Source of the DNA: Minisyncoccia bacterium
GTDB lineage: Bacteria; Patescibacteriota; Minisyncoccia; Phycocordibacterales; Phycocordibacteraceae
DNA length: 64,000 bases
NCBI GenBank assembly: GCA_038207395.1
Contig: JBBQZW010000003.1
Coordinates: 115,760 to 179,759 of the forward strand
Reading direction: 5' to 3'
Under the pieces are notes generated by a model. That model ran no database searches, had not been told where the DNA came from, and saw nothing but the letters and a program-made list of their open reading frames with translations. Made by a program: the position numbers and the translations under genes. Each line of letters starts with the position of its first letter. Positions within the stretch are counted from its first letter, which is position 1. This document shows, piece by piece, positions 29,703 to 38,057 of this stretch.

Positions 29703-30023
29703 AAAAGGTGGTAAGTGAAAGATAGGCTTGGAGGATTCCGCCCCCATGTTCAGACAGTGTTCAACCGCCCTACTCAAGTCTCTGTTAGGTCACCCAACAA
29801 GGCTCTCGCTGCACGGTGGCAGGTCTGACGAGCACTCCAGAGTACTGGCCCCATCTCCCGAAGGAGAATTGCCATCGGCATACTGCTTCCAGCACACCAT
29901 ATTCGGTCTCTCTCCCACTTACCGTGTCAGGCCTTAGCTCCCACTGGTGAGCCGCACGCGACTTTCTTTAACGAATGACTGCTTCTAAGCCAATCGCCCA
30001 GGAGGTCTACTCAGACGCCCGAC
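29675..30023 (-). ncRNA. Candidate structured ncRNA containing a 23S rRNA H42-H44 (GTPase-associated centre) mimic
   Basis: UUGGCUUAGAAGCAGUCAUUCGUUAAAGAAAG...CUCA with covarying stems; UUCG and GUGA tetraloop hairpins; own promoter and terminator; no credible ORF. Confidence 0.75.
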
Positions 30024-30029
30024 AAGCTC

Positions 30030-30057
30030 TTTATACCAAAGCTTCAAGTTTATACAA
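30030..30057 (-). promoter_or_regulatory. Promoter of the candidate ncRNA
   Basis: TTGTAT-16nt-TATAAA with extended TG; predicted TSS ~30023 coincides with the first nt of the closing stem. Confidence 0.65.
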
Positions 30058-30059
30058 CA

Positions 30060-30094
30060 GTGCTGTCTGTCTGGGTCGATGTTAGAACTTTTTG
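30060..30094 (+). repeat. Cassette-boundary repeat copy D
   Basis: GTGCTGTCTGTCTGGGTCGATGTTAGAACTTTTTG; 26/35 identical to copy B. Confidence 0.65.
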
Positions 30095-30148
30095 TACACG
30101 TTGATCCTCAGACAGGATATAATCCCCCTAGGTAGCAAGGAGGCTCCG

Positions 30149-30568
30149 ATGGACAAGTTCACACCTGCCGAGTTCTTTACGCGTGCGATCGCAAGAGTCC
30201 CGCCCGACCTCAGAAATCCCAAATACCGACATCTGGGAGTGCGACTTAATCTTCTCAGGAAGCCCTTCGCCAAATACTATGCCGGCGAAATTGATCTAAA
30301 TCATGCGCTCGACTCCTTAATCAAGGGGCGAGTCATTGTGGCGGTGCACGCGGTGTGGGGCAAAGTTCCTGACCAATGGGAACATAAGAAAAGAAAGCTG
30401 GTGGAAATCGAGCGTCTTGAAGCCTTTCCGGACTCTCGTGTTTCTGATGAGAATCCGATTCTCTATCTTCCCCATGCACTTCCACGCGCGCTGCGCACAC
30501 AATTGAATCAGGCTGACGAGATTCTTGCGAAGATACTTCGCCCGACTCTTGTTGCCGCGAATGGCTAA
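30149..30568 (+). CDS. Hypothetical protein (ORFan cassette)
   Basis: SD AAGGAGG, ATG 30149, terminator 30578-30608. Confidence 0.7.
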   Translation: MDKFTPAEFFTRAIARVPPDLRNPKYRHLGVRLNLLRKPFAKYYAGEIDLNHALDSLIKGRVIVAVHAVWGKVPDQWEHKKRKLVEIERLEAFPDSRVSDENPILYLPHALPRALRTQLNQADEILAKILRPTLVAANG

Positions 30569-30631
30569 CTGCAATTTAAAGAGTGTCGCTTACCCGGCAC
30601 TCTTTTTATTATGGCAGAGTAGGCAACTAAC

Positions 30632-31288
30632 CTACTGCTTACTCTTCTTCCACTTTTCTATCTCCACATGGTTTCCGGTAGCGAGGACTTTTGGAATTGA
30701 GTGCTTCTTCCCTTCCCACATAATTGATTCTGGGCGGGTGTAGACTTCGCGCGCTGCAGTGCGGCGCTCCTCCACGGACTCATCTTTTCCAAGTACACCA
30801 GGAATGCGGCGCGTCATAGCGTCCACGATGGCCATTGCTGGCACTTCAGCGCCGGTGTACGTAGCACTTCCCACGGAATAGTTTTTCACGGTACCGAACG
30901 TTTTCATCAGTTTCTTTGCGCGCTCGTCGATTCCTTCATACCGGCCACATACCAAAACCACGTCATCGTATTTCAAAAGCTTGTCTGCTTCAGTATTCGT
31001 AAATTCTGTTCCTCCGGGAGAGAACCATATGAGCGCCACCTTTTTATCTTTGCGCCGCGTGAGCGCTTTCTTAACAGCACGAACAACGGGCAAGGCCGTC
31101 ATCACCATCCCCGGACCACCGCCATACGGACGCTCGTCTACCTTCCCCCATTTGTTATCCACGTAGTCACGCGGTGTTTGGTAGTCCACACTAATCAGCT
31201 TCGCCGTTCGGGCGCGTCCTAAAATAGACGCGGAAAGATATGCGTCACAAGCTTCTGGAAATAGAGTAATGAGATGGAATCGAAGCAT
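30632..31288 (-). CDS. trmD: tRNA (m1G37) methyltransferase
   Basis: ITLFPE, VDERPYGGGPGMVM, CGRYEGIDER, YTRP. Confidence 0.95.
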   Translation of the reverse strand: MLRFHLITLFPEACDAYLSASILGRARTAKLISVDYQTPRDYVDNKWGKVDERPYGGGPGMVMTALPVVRAVKKALTRRKDKKVALIWFSPGGTEFTNTEADKLLKYDDVVLVCGRYEGIDERAKKLMKTFGTVKNYSVGSATYTGAEVPAMAIVDAMTRRIPGVLGKDESVEERRTAAREVYTRPESIMWEGKKHSIPKVLATGNHVEIEKWKKSKQ

Positions 31289-31293
31289 AGGTA

Positions 31294-31557
31294 TTATTCG
31301 TAAACAGTATGATCGCCGATATTGAGTAAATACGCTACTTTCTTATCTTTACTGAATTGAAAGATAATTCTGTCACGATAGTTTATGGAAAAAGCGAGAA
31401 ATCCGAGCATGTCGCCCTTAAGTTTATGAACACGAAGTTTCTGATGATTTTTAGTATCTTTAAATTCCTCGATCCTCTCCTTCGTTTCTTCTCTTAGAGG
31501 TTTTGACAACTTACCGTATTTCCGCACAAAGTCAGAGGAGTATTCGACCCTAAGCAT
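31294..31557 (-). CDS. RelE/YafQ-superfamily toxin
   Basis: YSSDFVRKYGKL, LRVHKLKG, FSINYRDRIIF, IGDHTVY. Confidence 0.85.
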   Translation of the reverse strand: MLRVEYSSDFVRKYGKLSKPLREETKERIEEFKDTKNHQKLRVHKLKGDMLGFLAFSINYRDRIIFQFSKDKKVAYLLNIGDHTVYE

Positions 31558-31559
31558 AG

Positions 31560-31781
31560 TTACGCAATGTGCTTAGCGAGTTCATCAAGATCTCCCTGTA
31601 AGGTTTTTCCTGCACGGATTTCAGCTTGTCCTCGACGAAGCGTTTCGAGCGCTTCTTCACGAGCTAATAGATCTATTGCGATACGTACAGCGTGCGCCTT
31701 TGTTGCGGCACGGCCACTAGTAACCATTTCTTGTATGATCGCTTGTTGGACATCTGAAACAGGGACGGTAATAACGCTCAT
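31560..31781 (-). CDS. RHH/ParD-like antitoxin
   Basis: VITVPV..IQEMVTSGRAATKAHAVRIAI; immediately upstream of the toxin. Confidence 0.75.
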   Translation of the reverse strand: MSVITVPVSDVQQAIIQEMVTSGRAATKAHAVRIAIDLLAREEALETLRRGQAEIRAGKTLQGDLDELAKHIA

Positions 31782-31788
31782 GGAAATG

Positions 31789-31818
31789 ATACTAAGATTT
31801 ATTAATAAGTCTTAGTAT
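31789..31818. promoter_or_regulatory. TA operator palindrome
   Basis: ATACTAAGATTTATT|AATAAGTCTTAGTAT, 30-bp palindrome with one mismatch, overlapping a TATACT -10. Confidence 0.7.
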
Positions 31819-31884
31819 ATCTCTTTTACGTATAAAAACAAGAAAAGCCCTGCCGGGCTTTTCTTGTTTTTCGTTTTCTAGAAA

Positions 31885-32187
31885 CTAACTTAGTTCGCCG
31901 AGTACCTGATCAAGTGACTTTTCGCCTTCCTGGCGCTTCCCGCCAGCTGGTTCATTAATCTTAAGATTTACGCGCGCGTTATGCTTCATACCGACAACAC
32001 GAAGAAGGGTGCGGAGCGCTTTTGCAATGTTGCCGTCGCGGCCGATAATTTTACCCATATCCTCAGGAGCAACAGCGAGCGTAAGAAGTACGCCCATTTC
32101 GTCCACGGAGCGTGTTACAGAAACAGCGTCTGGAGTATCAACGAGTGCCTTTACAACGTATTCAAGAAATTCGTGGTCGGAGTACAT
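31885..32187 (-). CDS. khpA: KH-domain RNA-binding protein
   Basis: VKALVDTPDAV, DMGKIIGRDGNIAKALRTLL; rpsP-khpA-trmD context. Confidence 0.9.
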   Translation of the reverse strand: MYSDHEFLEYVVKALVDTPDAVSVTRSVDEMGVLLTLAVAPEDMGKIIGRDGNIAKALRTLLRVVGMKHNARVNLKINEPAGGKRQEGEKSLDQVLGELS

Positions 32188-32258
32188 ATGAGTGTCAGCT
32201 AGGTATCAGTAGTATCAGATGATAAGCGGCGGCACGGGCAGCGAGGCTGCGAGAAACC

Positions 32259-32765
32259 TTACGCGGCAGGAACTTCCTCTGCGGGAGCTTCTGACGAAGC
32301 TGGTTCTTCAGCAGCGGGTGTTTCTGGTTCTGGAGTTGCTTCAACTTCAGGGGCAGCGGCTTCTGCAGCGGCGGCCTCAGCAGCTTTTGCTTCTTCTGCA
32401 GCGGCAGCATCTGCGGCTTTCTTTGCTTCTTCAGCGGCCTTAGCAGCGGCTGCTTCTTCTTCAGCTTTCTTCTTCATAATGTTCTTCTCGAGGTTCTTTA
32501 CGCTAACCACCTTTGCGGTCTTTGCGCCTTCGAGCACTCCTTCTTTAACAAGAAGGTTATGAACTGAAGGTGAAACCTGAGCACCTTTTCCCATCCACTC
32601 TTTGATCACCTCAGGTTTGAGGGTTGAGATCTTAGTCTTAGGGTTGTAGGTACCTACGAGGTCAACATACTTTCCAGCCTTGGGGCCAGATGCTTTTTCA
32701 AGAACGGCAATACGAAAAGACGCATCATTTTTGCGGCCAGTTCGCTGAAATCGGATCATCAACAT
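32259..32765 (-). CDS. rpsP: 30S ribosomal protein S16 with Ala/Glu/Pro tail
   Basis: MLMIRFQRTGRKN..FRI, VGTYNP, WMGKGAQVS. Confidence 0.95.
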   Translation of the reverse strand: MLMIRFQRTGRKNDASFRIAVLEKASGPKAGKYVDLVGTYNPKTKISTLKPEVIKEWMGKGAQVSPSVHNLLVKEGVLEGAKTAKVVSVKNLEKNIMKKKAEEEAAAAKAAEEAKKAADAAAAEEAKAAEAAAAEAAAPEVEATPEPETPAAEEPASSEAPAEEVPAA

Positions 32766-32939
32766 AGTGATTTGAAGAGTATCTTATTAGTGGTATTGAG
32801 TCAAACGAGTATAAGAAAAGATGCGGTGGTTGCTCGAGGACAACCACCGCACCGAGGGAGCGTCACCCGCAAGCGTGCGTGCAATAAGGCGACTACATTC
32901 TTATACCATATTCCCCTTGGAATGGTAAAGTAAATCCTA

Positions 32940-34928
32940 ATGACACCATCCACTCAGACCTTTCAAGGTCCTCTCTCTGTTACCCGAACCGGCAAAGGCT
33001 TCTTTAGCTACGACCCTGATAAAGACGATCTGTTCATTCCGGACGGATTCCTAGGGGGAGCTTTCCCTGGAGACACGGTAGAAGTATCAATCACCGGACA
33101 GGAGCGTGATCCAAAGAGCGGTAAGGATCGAGTAATAGGTCAGGTAGACCGGATTATTACCCGTAACCGCACGACTTTCGTGGGCAAGCTTGTCCCAGGA
33201 AATGAGATTGGGCAAAACCCCGCTGACACGTACCTCTATCCGGACTGGAAGAAAATGTATACACCGATACTTGTGCGCGGTGAATCTCTCCCTATGGGAC
33301 AGAAGGTATTAGTGAAACTCGTGGGTTGGAATAAGGAGGATCTCTATCCAACAGGCACGCTTGAGGAAATAATCGGTCCTGCTGGTGTCCACGAGACGGA
33401 AATGCGTGCACTCGCCTTAGGGGTGGGCTTCCGTTCCGACTTCCCTCCTGGTGTCGTGCATGAAGCAGAAGCGCTGGAGAAAGACGGACGCACCCAACTC
33501 GCGGCTGAAGCTGAAGCCGCTATTGCTTCTGGCGGACGAAAAGATTTCCGAAGCACCACCACCTTCACTATTGATCCGTTTGATGCGAAAGATTTTGACG
33601 ATGCGCTCTCGGTAAAGAAACTCCCAAATGGAAACACCGAAGTAGGCGTTCATATTGCCGATGTCTCATTCTATGTACGCCCCGGTACCTCTATAGACAA
33701 CGAGGCACGCGCACGCGCAACAAGTGTCTACCTCGTGGATCGCACCATTCCCATGCTTCCTCATATTCTCTCTACGGACCTTTGTTCTCTTAACCCAAAT
33801 GAAGATCGTCTTTCAGTTTCTGCCGTCTTCGAACTTGATGAGAATGCCGGCATTGTCTCACGATGGTTCGGTGAGACGGTGATTCACTCTGATAAGCGAT
33901 TTACGTATGAAAATGCGCAGGAAGTGTTGGACACCCAATCAGGAGAGATGCTCGAGGAGCTCAACACGCTTCGTACGCTCGCTGATAAGATACGGGCCCG
34001 TCGCGTAGCGACGGGTGCCATCGCCTTTGATACTCCTGAAGTTAAAATTGAACTTAACGAAGAAGGTAAACCTATCGCCGTTCATCTCAAGGAACGTAAA
34101 GCAACCAACCTCCTTATTGAAGACTTCATGCTTCTCGCTAACGAAGAAGTTGCGACGTACCTTACCCAGCAGGCAAAGGCAGCGCACCTCACCCAGATGC
34201 CGATATATCGTATCCATGATGTACCGGATCCTGATCGCATTATGAATCTTTCCGCATTCCTCAAAGTGCTTGGATATGACCTTAAGGAAGCAAACGGCAA
34301 AGTAAGTGGAAAAGATATCAATGCGCTCCTCGCACAGGTTACGGGAAAGCCGGAAGAATATTTGATCAAGGTTGCGGCACTGCGTTCAATGTCGAAAGCC
34401 ATTTACAGCTCAAAGAATATTGGACACTTCGGGCTTGCCTTTGAGTACTATACTCACTTCACCTCTCCGATTCGTCGCTACCCTGACCTTCTGACGCATC
34501 GCTTGGTAAAGCACTTCGCAGACCGTGAACCAATGTCAAAAGAAGAAATGGCTGAATTCGACCAACTCGCCCAGCATTCAAGTGAGCGCGAAGTTTCTGC
34601 ATCTGAAGCTGAACGTGATTCCATTAAGATGAAGCAGGTTGAATTCCTTTCTGAACGCATTGGTGAAGAATTCGATGCCGTCATCTCTGGCGCCTCAGAT
34701 CGCGGTTTGTACGTTGAACTCAAAGAAACGCGCGCCGAAGGTATGGTGCGTATTCGTGATATTGGAAATGACTACTTCACGTATGATGAAAAACGATACC
34801 GAATTATCGGTGAACGCACAAAAGTGCAGTATGCGCTGGGCGACCCCATACGCGTAAAACTCATGGCCGCACGCGTTGCCGAGAAGGAACTTGATTTCAC
34901 TCTTGCACCAAGCGAACCACAATCATAA
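32940..34928 (+). CDS. rnr: Ribonuclease R (RNB + S1)
   Basis: TIDPFDAKDFDDALS, HIADVS, YTHFTSPIRRYPDL. Confidence 0.95.
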   Translation: MTPSTQTFQGPLSVTRTGKGFFSYDPDKDDLFIPDGFLGGAFPGDTVEVSITGQERDPKSGKDRVIGQVDRIITRNRTTFVGKLVPGNEIGQNPADTYLYPDWKKMYTPILVRGESLPMGQKVLVKLVGWNKEDLYPTGTLEEIIGPAGVHETEMRALALGVGFRSDFPPGVVHEAEALEKDGRTQLAAEAEAAIASGGRKDFRSTTTFTIDPFDAKDFDDALSVKKLPNGNTEVGVHIADVSFYVRPGTSIDNEARARATSVYLVDRTIPMLPHILSTDLCSLNPNEDRLSVSAVFELDENAGIVSRWFGETVIHSDKRFTYENAQEVLDTQSGEMLEELNTLRTLADKIRARRVATGAIAFDTPEVKIELNEEGKPIAVHLKERKATNLLIEDFMLLANEEVATYLTQQAKAAHLTQMPIYRIHDVPDPDRIMNLSAFLKVLGYDLKEANGKVSGKDINALLAQVTGKPEEYLIKVAALRSMSKAIYSSKNIGHFGLAFEYYTHFTSPIRRYPDLLTHRLVKHFADREPMSKEEMAEFDQLAQHSSEREVSASEAERDSIKMKQVEFLSERIGEEFDAVISGASDRGLYVELKETRAEGMVRIRDIGNDYFTYDEKRYRIIGERTKVQYALGDPIRVKLMAARVAEKELDFTLAPSEPQS

Positions 34929-34981
34929 CTAGCGACAGACTCCGAGGTGTGCAAAAAACCGCAGCTATGTAGCTGCGGTTT

Positions 34982-35440
34982 TTAGTATTCGCGATCAGGC
35001 ACCCAAGCTCTGAAGCGCAAATGAGTAATGATTTTTTCCATATCCATACGCTCTGTTATGGCACGAAACTGTGTTGAGTCAGCTGGCAGTCCGGCATAGT
35101 GCGCGGCCTGATACACCATGTTTGCTTCAACGTATGAGGCATCAATTACAGATTCGTAGTAGCGCATCAGTCCCGTAAGAACAAGGTAGCGCGCTTCGAG
35201 ATCAGTAAGATATAACGGGTCGCTAAAGAGAAGGTACTGTTCAGGAATACTTTCGTAAACGTCCTCACTCTCAAGAAATTCGTTAAAGTCAGTGCGGTGT
35301 TCGCCCTCAAGCAAACTGTTTCCATATGCCCAATCAGTTTCTAAGAGCTGTGAGCGCATACTGCGTAGTGAGTGCCCTCCGGCATCATATATGCGCCACA
35401 AGTCTCGGAGGAGACCAGACGCAATACGGTGTCTATCCAT
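34982..35440 (-). CDS. Hypothetical protein (ORFan)
   Basis: SD AGGAGG; ends at bidirectional hairpin 34955-34982. Confidence 0.7.
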   Translation of the reverse strand: MDRHRIASGLLRDLWRIYDAGGHSLRSMRSQLLETDWAYGNSLLEGEHRTDFNEFLESEDVYESIPEQYLLFSDPLYLTDLEARYLVLTGLMRYYESVIDASYVEANMVYQAAHYAGLPADSTQFRAITERMDMEKIITHLRFRAWVPDREY

Positions 35441-35529
35441 ATCTACCTCCTATGATCCAAAGCCATTTAAGCACAGTACGCACTAGTACGGAAAGGTTTT
35501 GGAAGGTTTATACCTATGCCCCAGGAAAT

Positions 35530-37770
35530 TTACTTCGCAACCTGTGCTGCCTCTTCAAACTTTATAGAAAGGAGTTTTGAGACACCATCACTTCCCATCG
35601 TGACACCGTAGAGAATACCAGCGCGGCTCATAGTTTCGCGGTTGTGTGAAATAACAATAAGCTGCGACTTCTTTGCAAGACTCTCAATCATGTCTCCGTA
35701 GCGGCGGCTATTCGCCTCATCAAGTGCTGCATCGGTCTCATCGAGAATAAGGAATGGCGGCGGGTTCACCTGACTCATAGCAAAGATAAGAGCAATGGAC
35801 GTAAGTGCACGCTCACCACCTGAAAGCTGAAGCAGTGACTGAACTCGTTTCTTAGGAAGGTGTACGGAAATATCAATACCTGGTTTAACGCGTTTTTGTG
35901 GGGCACTGCTTTCATCTCCTTCTTCCATATCAAATACATCTTCTTCATCAGCCAAAGCGGGTACTGATTCCTCAAGCACGAGTTTTGCACCCCCTCCGCC
36001 AAACATAAGGCTAAAGAACTCACCGAACGAAGAATTCACGGAGACGAGTCCTTCGTTAAAGGTGCGTGTGAGTTCGTCATCAAGGTTTTCGATAAGTTCA
36101 CGCAGTCCTGCTGATGACGCGGCGAGGTCTTCAAGTTCACGCGTGAGAAATGCTTCGCGTGCAACAGCATCGTCATATTCTTTCTTAACCTCATCACTTC
36201 CGCCGCCCGCTTCCTCTACACGTATTTTTAGACGCTCTAAAATACGTTTGCGATCTTCCTGAATCTGACGGGGTTCCTGCGGAAGCGCCGTAAGTGGTTC
36301 ATACGAAAGCGCTCGACTTCCCGCAAGAGCGAGCACTTCTCCTCGTTCGCGCTCAAGTGAGGAATGAAGGTATGAAAGCTCCTGGAGTCGAGCGTCCAGG
36401 CGCACAAGCGCCGCTTCTTCGCGTGCCTTTTCTTCTGCAAGTTTTAGCACACGGTGTCGTTCTTCACGTCCCGTTTCATCATGCGCCATGGATGCCTCGC
36501 GCGCCTTGAGGAGCGCAGTACGCGCTCCATCAATGCGCTCTGCAAGCTCTGAATCCTTCGCGAGTGCTATTTCCTGTTCACGGGTTAGGGAATGTACGAG
36601 CTGCTCTTCATCCTGAAGAAGATCTTCTCCTGCGTGTACGTGCTTCGTAAAGAACGCACTAATGGCACCTCGGAGTGCGCGGAGTGCTGCAGTTAGCGCA
36701 TGAGGATTAGCATGCTCATCTAGAGACATATGCTCTTGTGCTAAGTCCTGAAGCGCCTGAAGATCTTCACGCGTAACACGCACATCGTTTGCTTGCTGGA
36801 CGTTGCGGCCACGGCGCTTCGCAGCATCGAGAGCACCTTCAATACGTCCAAGCTCACGCCCCAGAGTACTGCGTTCGTTAGTTACTCGATCCACCTCTCG
36901 TTCAGCGTCTCGTATTCGCTGCGCGAATTTCATACCTTCTACGTCATGCGTTGTACGTTCATCGAAATCAATCAGCGCCTTAGTGGCAAACGTAAGTTTT
37001 TCTGCGGAGACGCCGCGCATACGCGCCGTTTCTTTTTGTTCCACCTCCAGATATTTCTCTTCTATCGCAAAATACGTCTGACAGGCCACCGCCAATTCTT
37101 CAATCAAGGACTCAGCACGCTCTATGCGTTCAACCTGTTTCTTTAGGAAACGAATATGCGGTGCGATCTCTCGGCGCAGACTCTCTACCTCTCGTACATT
37201 TGCATCAGTCTTTTCAAGCTTCCGCTCTGCATCCTGCTTTCGGAATTCAAATGCTTTTAACCCTAACGCATCTTCAAGCATTGAGCGGCGCTCTCGGGGA
37301 TGCGCAAGCAAAATACGATCAGCCTCACCTTGCGAAATAATGTGGTGGCCCGTCTCACCAATATTTGCTGTTGCTAAGAGTTCCTGCACGTCACGCAAAC
37401 GCACTTTTGATCCGTTAATCAAATACTCGCTTGAACCATCACGGAATACCGCGCGCTCAATACTTACTTCATCAAATTCAAGCTTTGGAAATAATCTGCT
37501 TCCTGCACGCGTTTCATTATCAAAAATGATGGTCACTGCCGCACGGTTTGAACGCGCACTCGCATGAGACCCGGCAAAGATAAGATCCTCGCTGCGCTTT
37601 CCACGCATAGATTTCATTGATTGCTCGCCAAGCGCAAACCGAAACGCTTCCGCAACATTGGATTTACCTGAACCATTAGGCCCAACAATGGCTGTCGTTG
37701 CAGACGAAAAATCAAGCACTGTTTTACGTGCAAAAGACTTAAACCCTGCGATCTCGAGTCGCTTCAACAT
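35530..37770 (-). CDS. smc: SMC-family ATPase, short form
   Basis: GFKSFA, GPNGSGKSN, IISQG, LSGGE, ILDETDAALD, ISH; start ATG 37770. Confidence 0.9.
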   Translation of the reverse strand: MLKRLEIAGFKSFARKTVLDFSSATTAIVGPNGSGKSNVAEAFRFALGEQSMKSMRGKRSEDLIFAGSHASARSNRAAVTIIFDNETRAGSRLFPKLEFDEVSIERAVFRDGSSEYLINGSKVRLRDVQELLATANIGETGHHIISQGEADRILLAHPRERRSMLEDALGLKAFEFRKQDAERKLEKTDANVREVESLRREIAPHIRFLKKQVERIERAESLIEELAVACQTYFAIEEKYLEVEQKETARMRGVSAEKLTFATKALIDFDERTTHDVEGMKFAQRIRDAEREVDRVTNERSTLGRELGRIEGALDAAKRRGRNVQQANDVRVTREDLQALQDLAQEHMSLDEHANPHALTAALRALRGAISAFFTKHVHAGEDLLQDEEQLVHSLTREQEIALAKDSELAERIDGARTALLKAREASMAHDETGREERHRVLKLAEEKAREEAALVRLDARLQELSYLHSSLERERGEVLALAGSRALSYEPLTALPQEPRQIQEDRKRILERLKIRVEEAGGGSDEVKKEYDDAVAREAFLTRELEDLAASSAGLRELIENLDDELTRTFNEGLVSVNSSFGEFFSLMFGGGGAKLVLEESVPALADEEDVFDMEEGDESSAPQKRVKPGIDISVHLPKKRVQSLLQLSGGERALTSIALIFAMSQVNPPPFLILDETDAALDEANSRRYGDMIESLAKKSQLIVISHNRETMSRAGILYGVTMGSDGVSKLLSIKFEEAAQVAK

Positions 37771-37884
37771 TTGCTTTAGTATAGCGCACAAGACACGCGG
37801 GAATGAAATGCATACGGGACAAAAAAAACAAAGGCCGCCTGGGAAGGCGGCCTAAAGAGTCTGTACCCTTTTGTAAATCAATCC

Positions 37885-37995
37885 TTACGGATCAATATTT
37901 CTTGCAGAATACTGCATCATACTTAGCAAGTATCTCCAGCCAATCCAACCAAGGATAATGACTGCAATGATTCCGCAAACGATAATTTCACTCAT
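37885..37995 (-). CDS. Small single-TM peptide, 36 aa (not in ORF track)
   Basis: SD GAGGAGG; MSEIIVCGIIAVIILGWIGWRYLLSMMQYSARNIDP*; terminator 37820-37853. Confidence 0.65.
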   Translation of the reverse strand: MSEIIVCGIIAVIILGWIGWRYLLSMMQYSARNIDP

Positions 37996-38057
37996 ACTAC
38001 CTCCTCTTCTAAGAGAACGTGGCTACATACTCGTACCACCTCCAAGAAAACATCACA

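Noticed and set aside
29424-29937. ORFs 29424-29777 and 29728-29937
   Set aside because: They cross promoter, terminator and RNA structure elements and have no SD or protein-like features
29675-30023. RNase P RNA, tmRNA, SRP RNA or a true 23S rRNA gene
   Set aside because: It lacks the GAGGAAAGUCC P4 motif, tRNA-like CCA end and SRP helix-8 motif; rRNA similarity is confined to ~100-120 nt with no operon context
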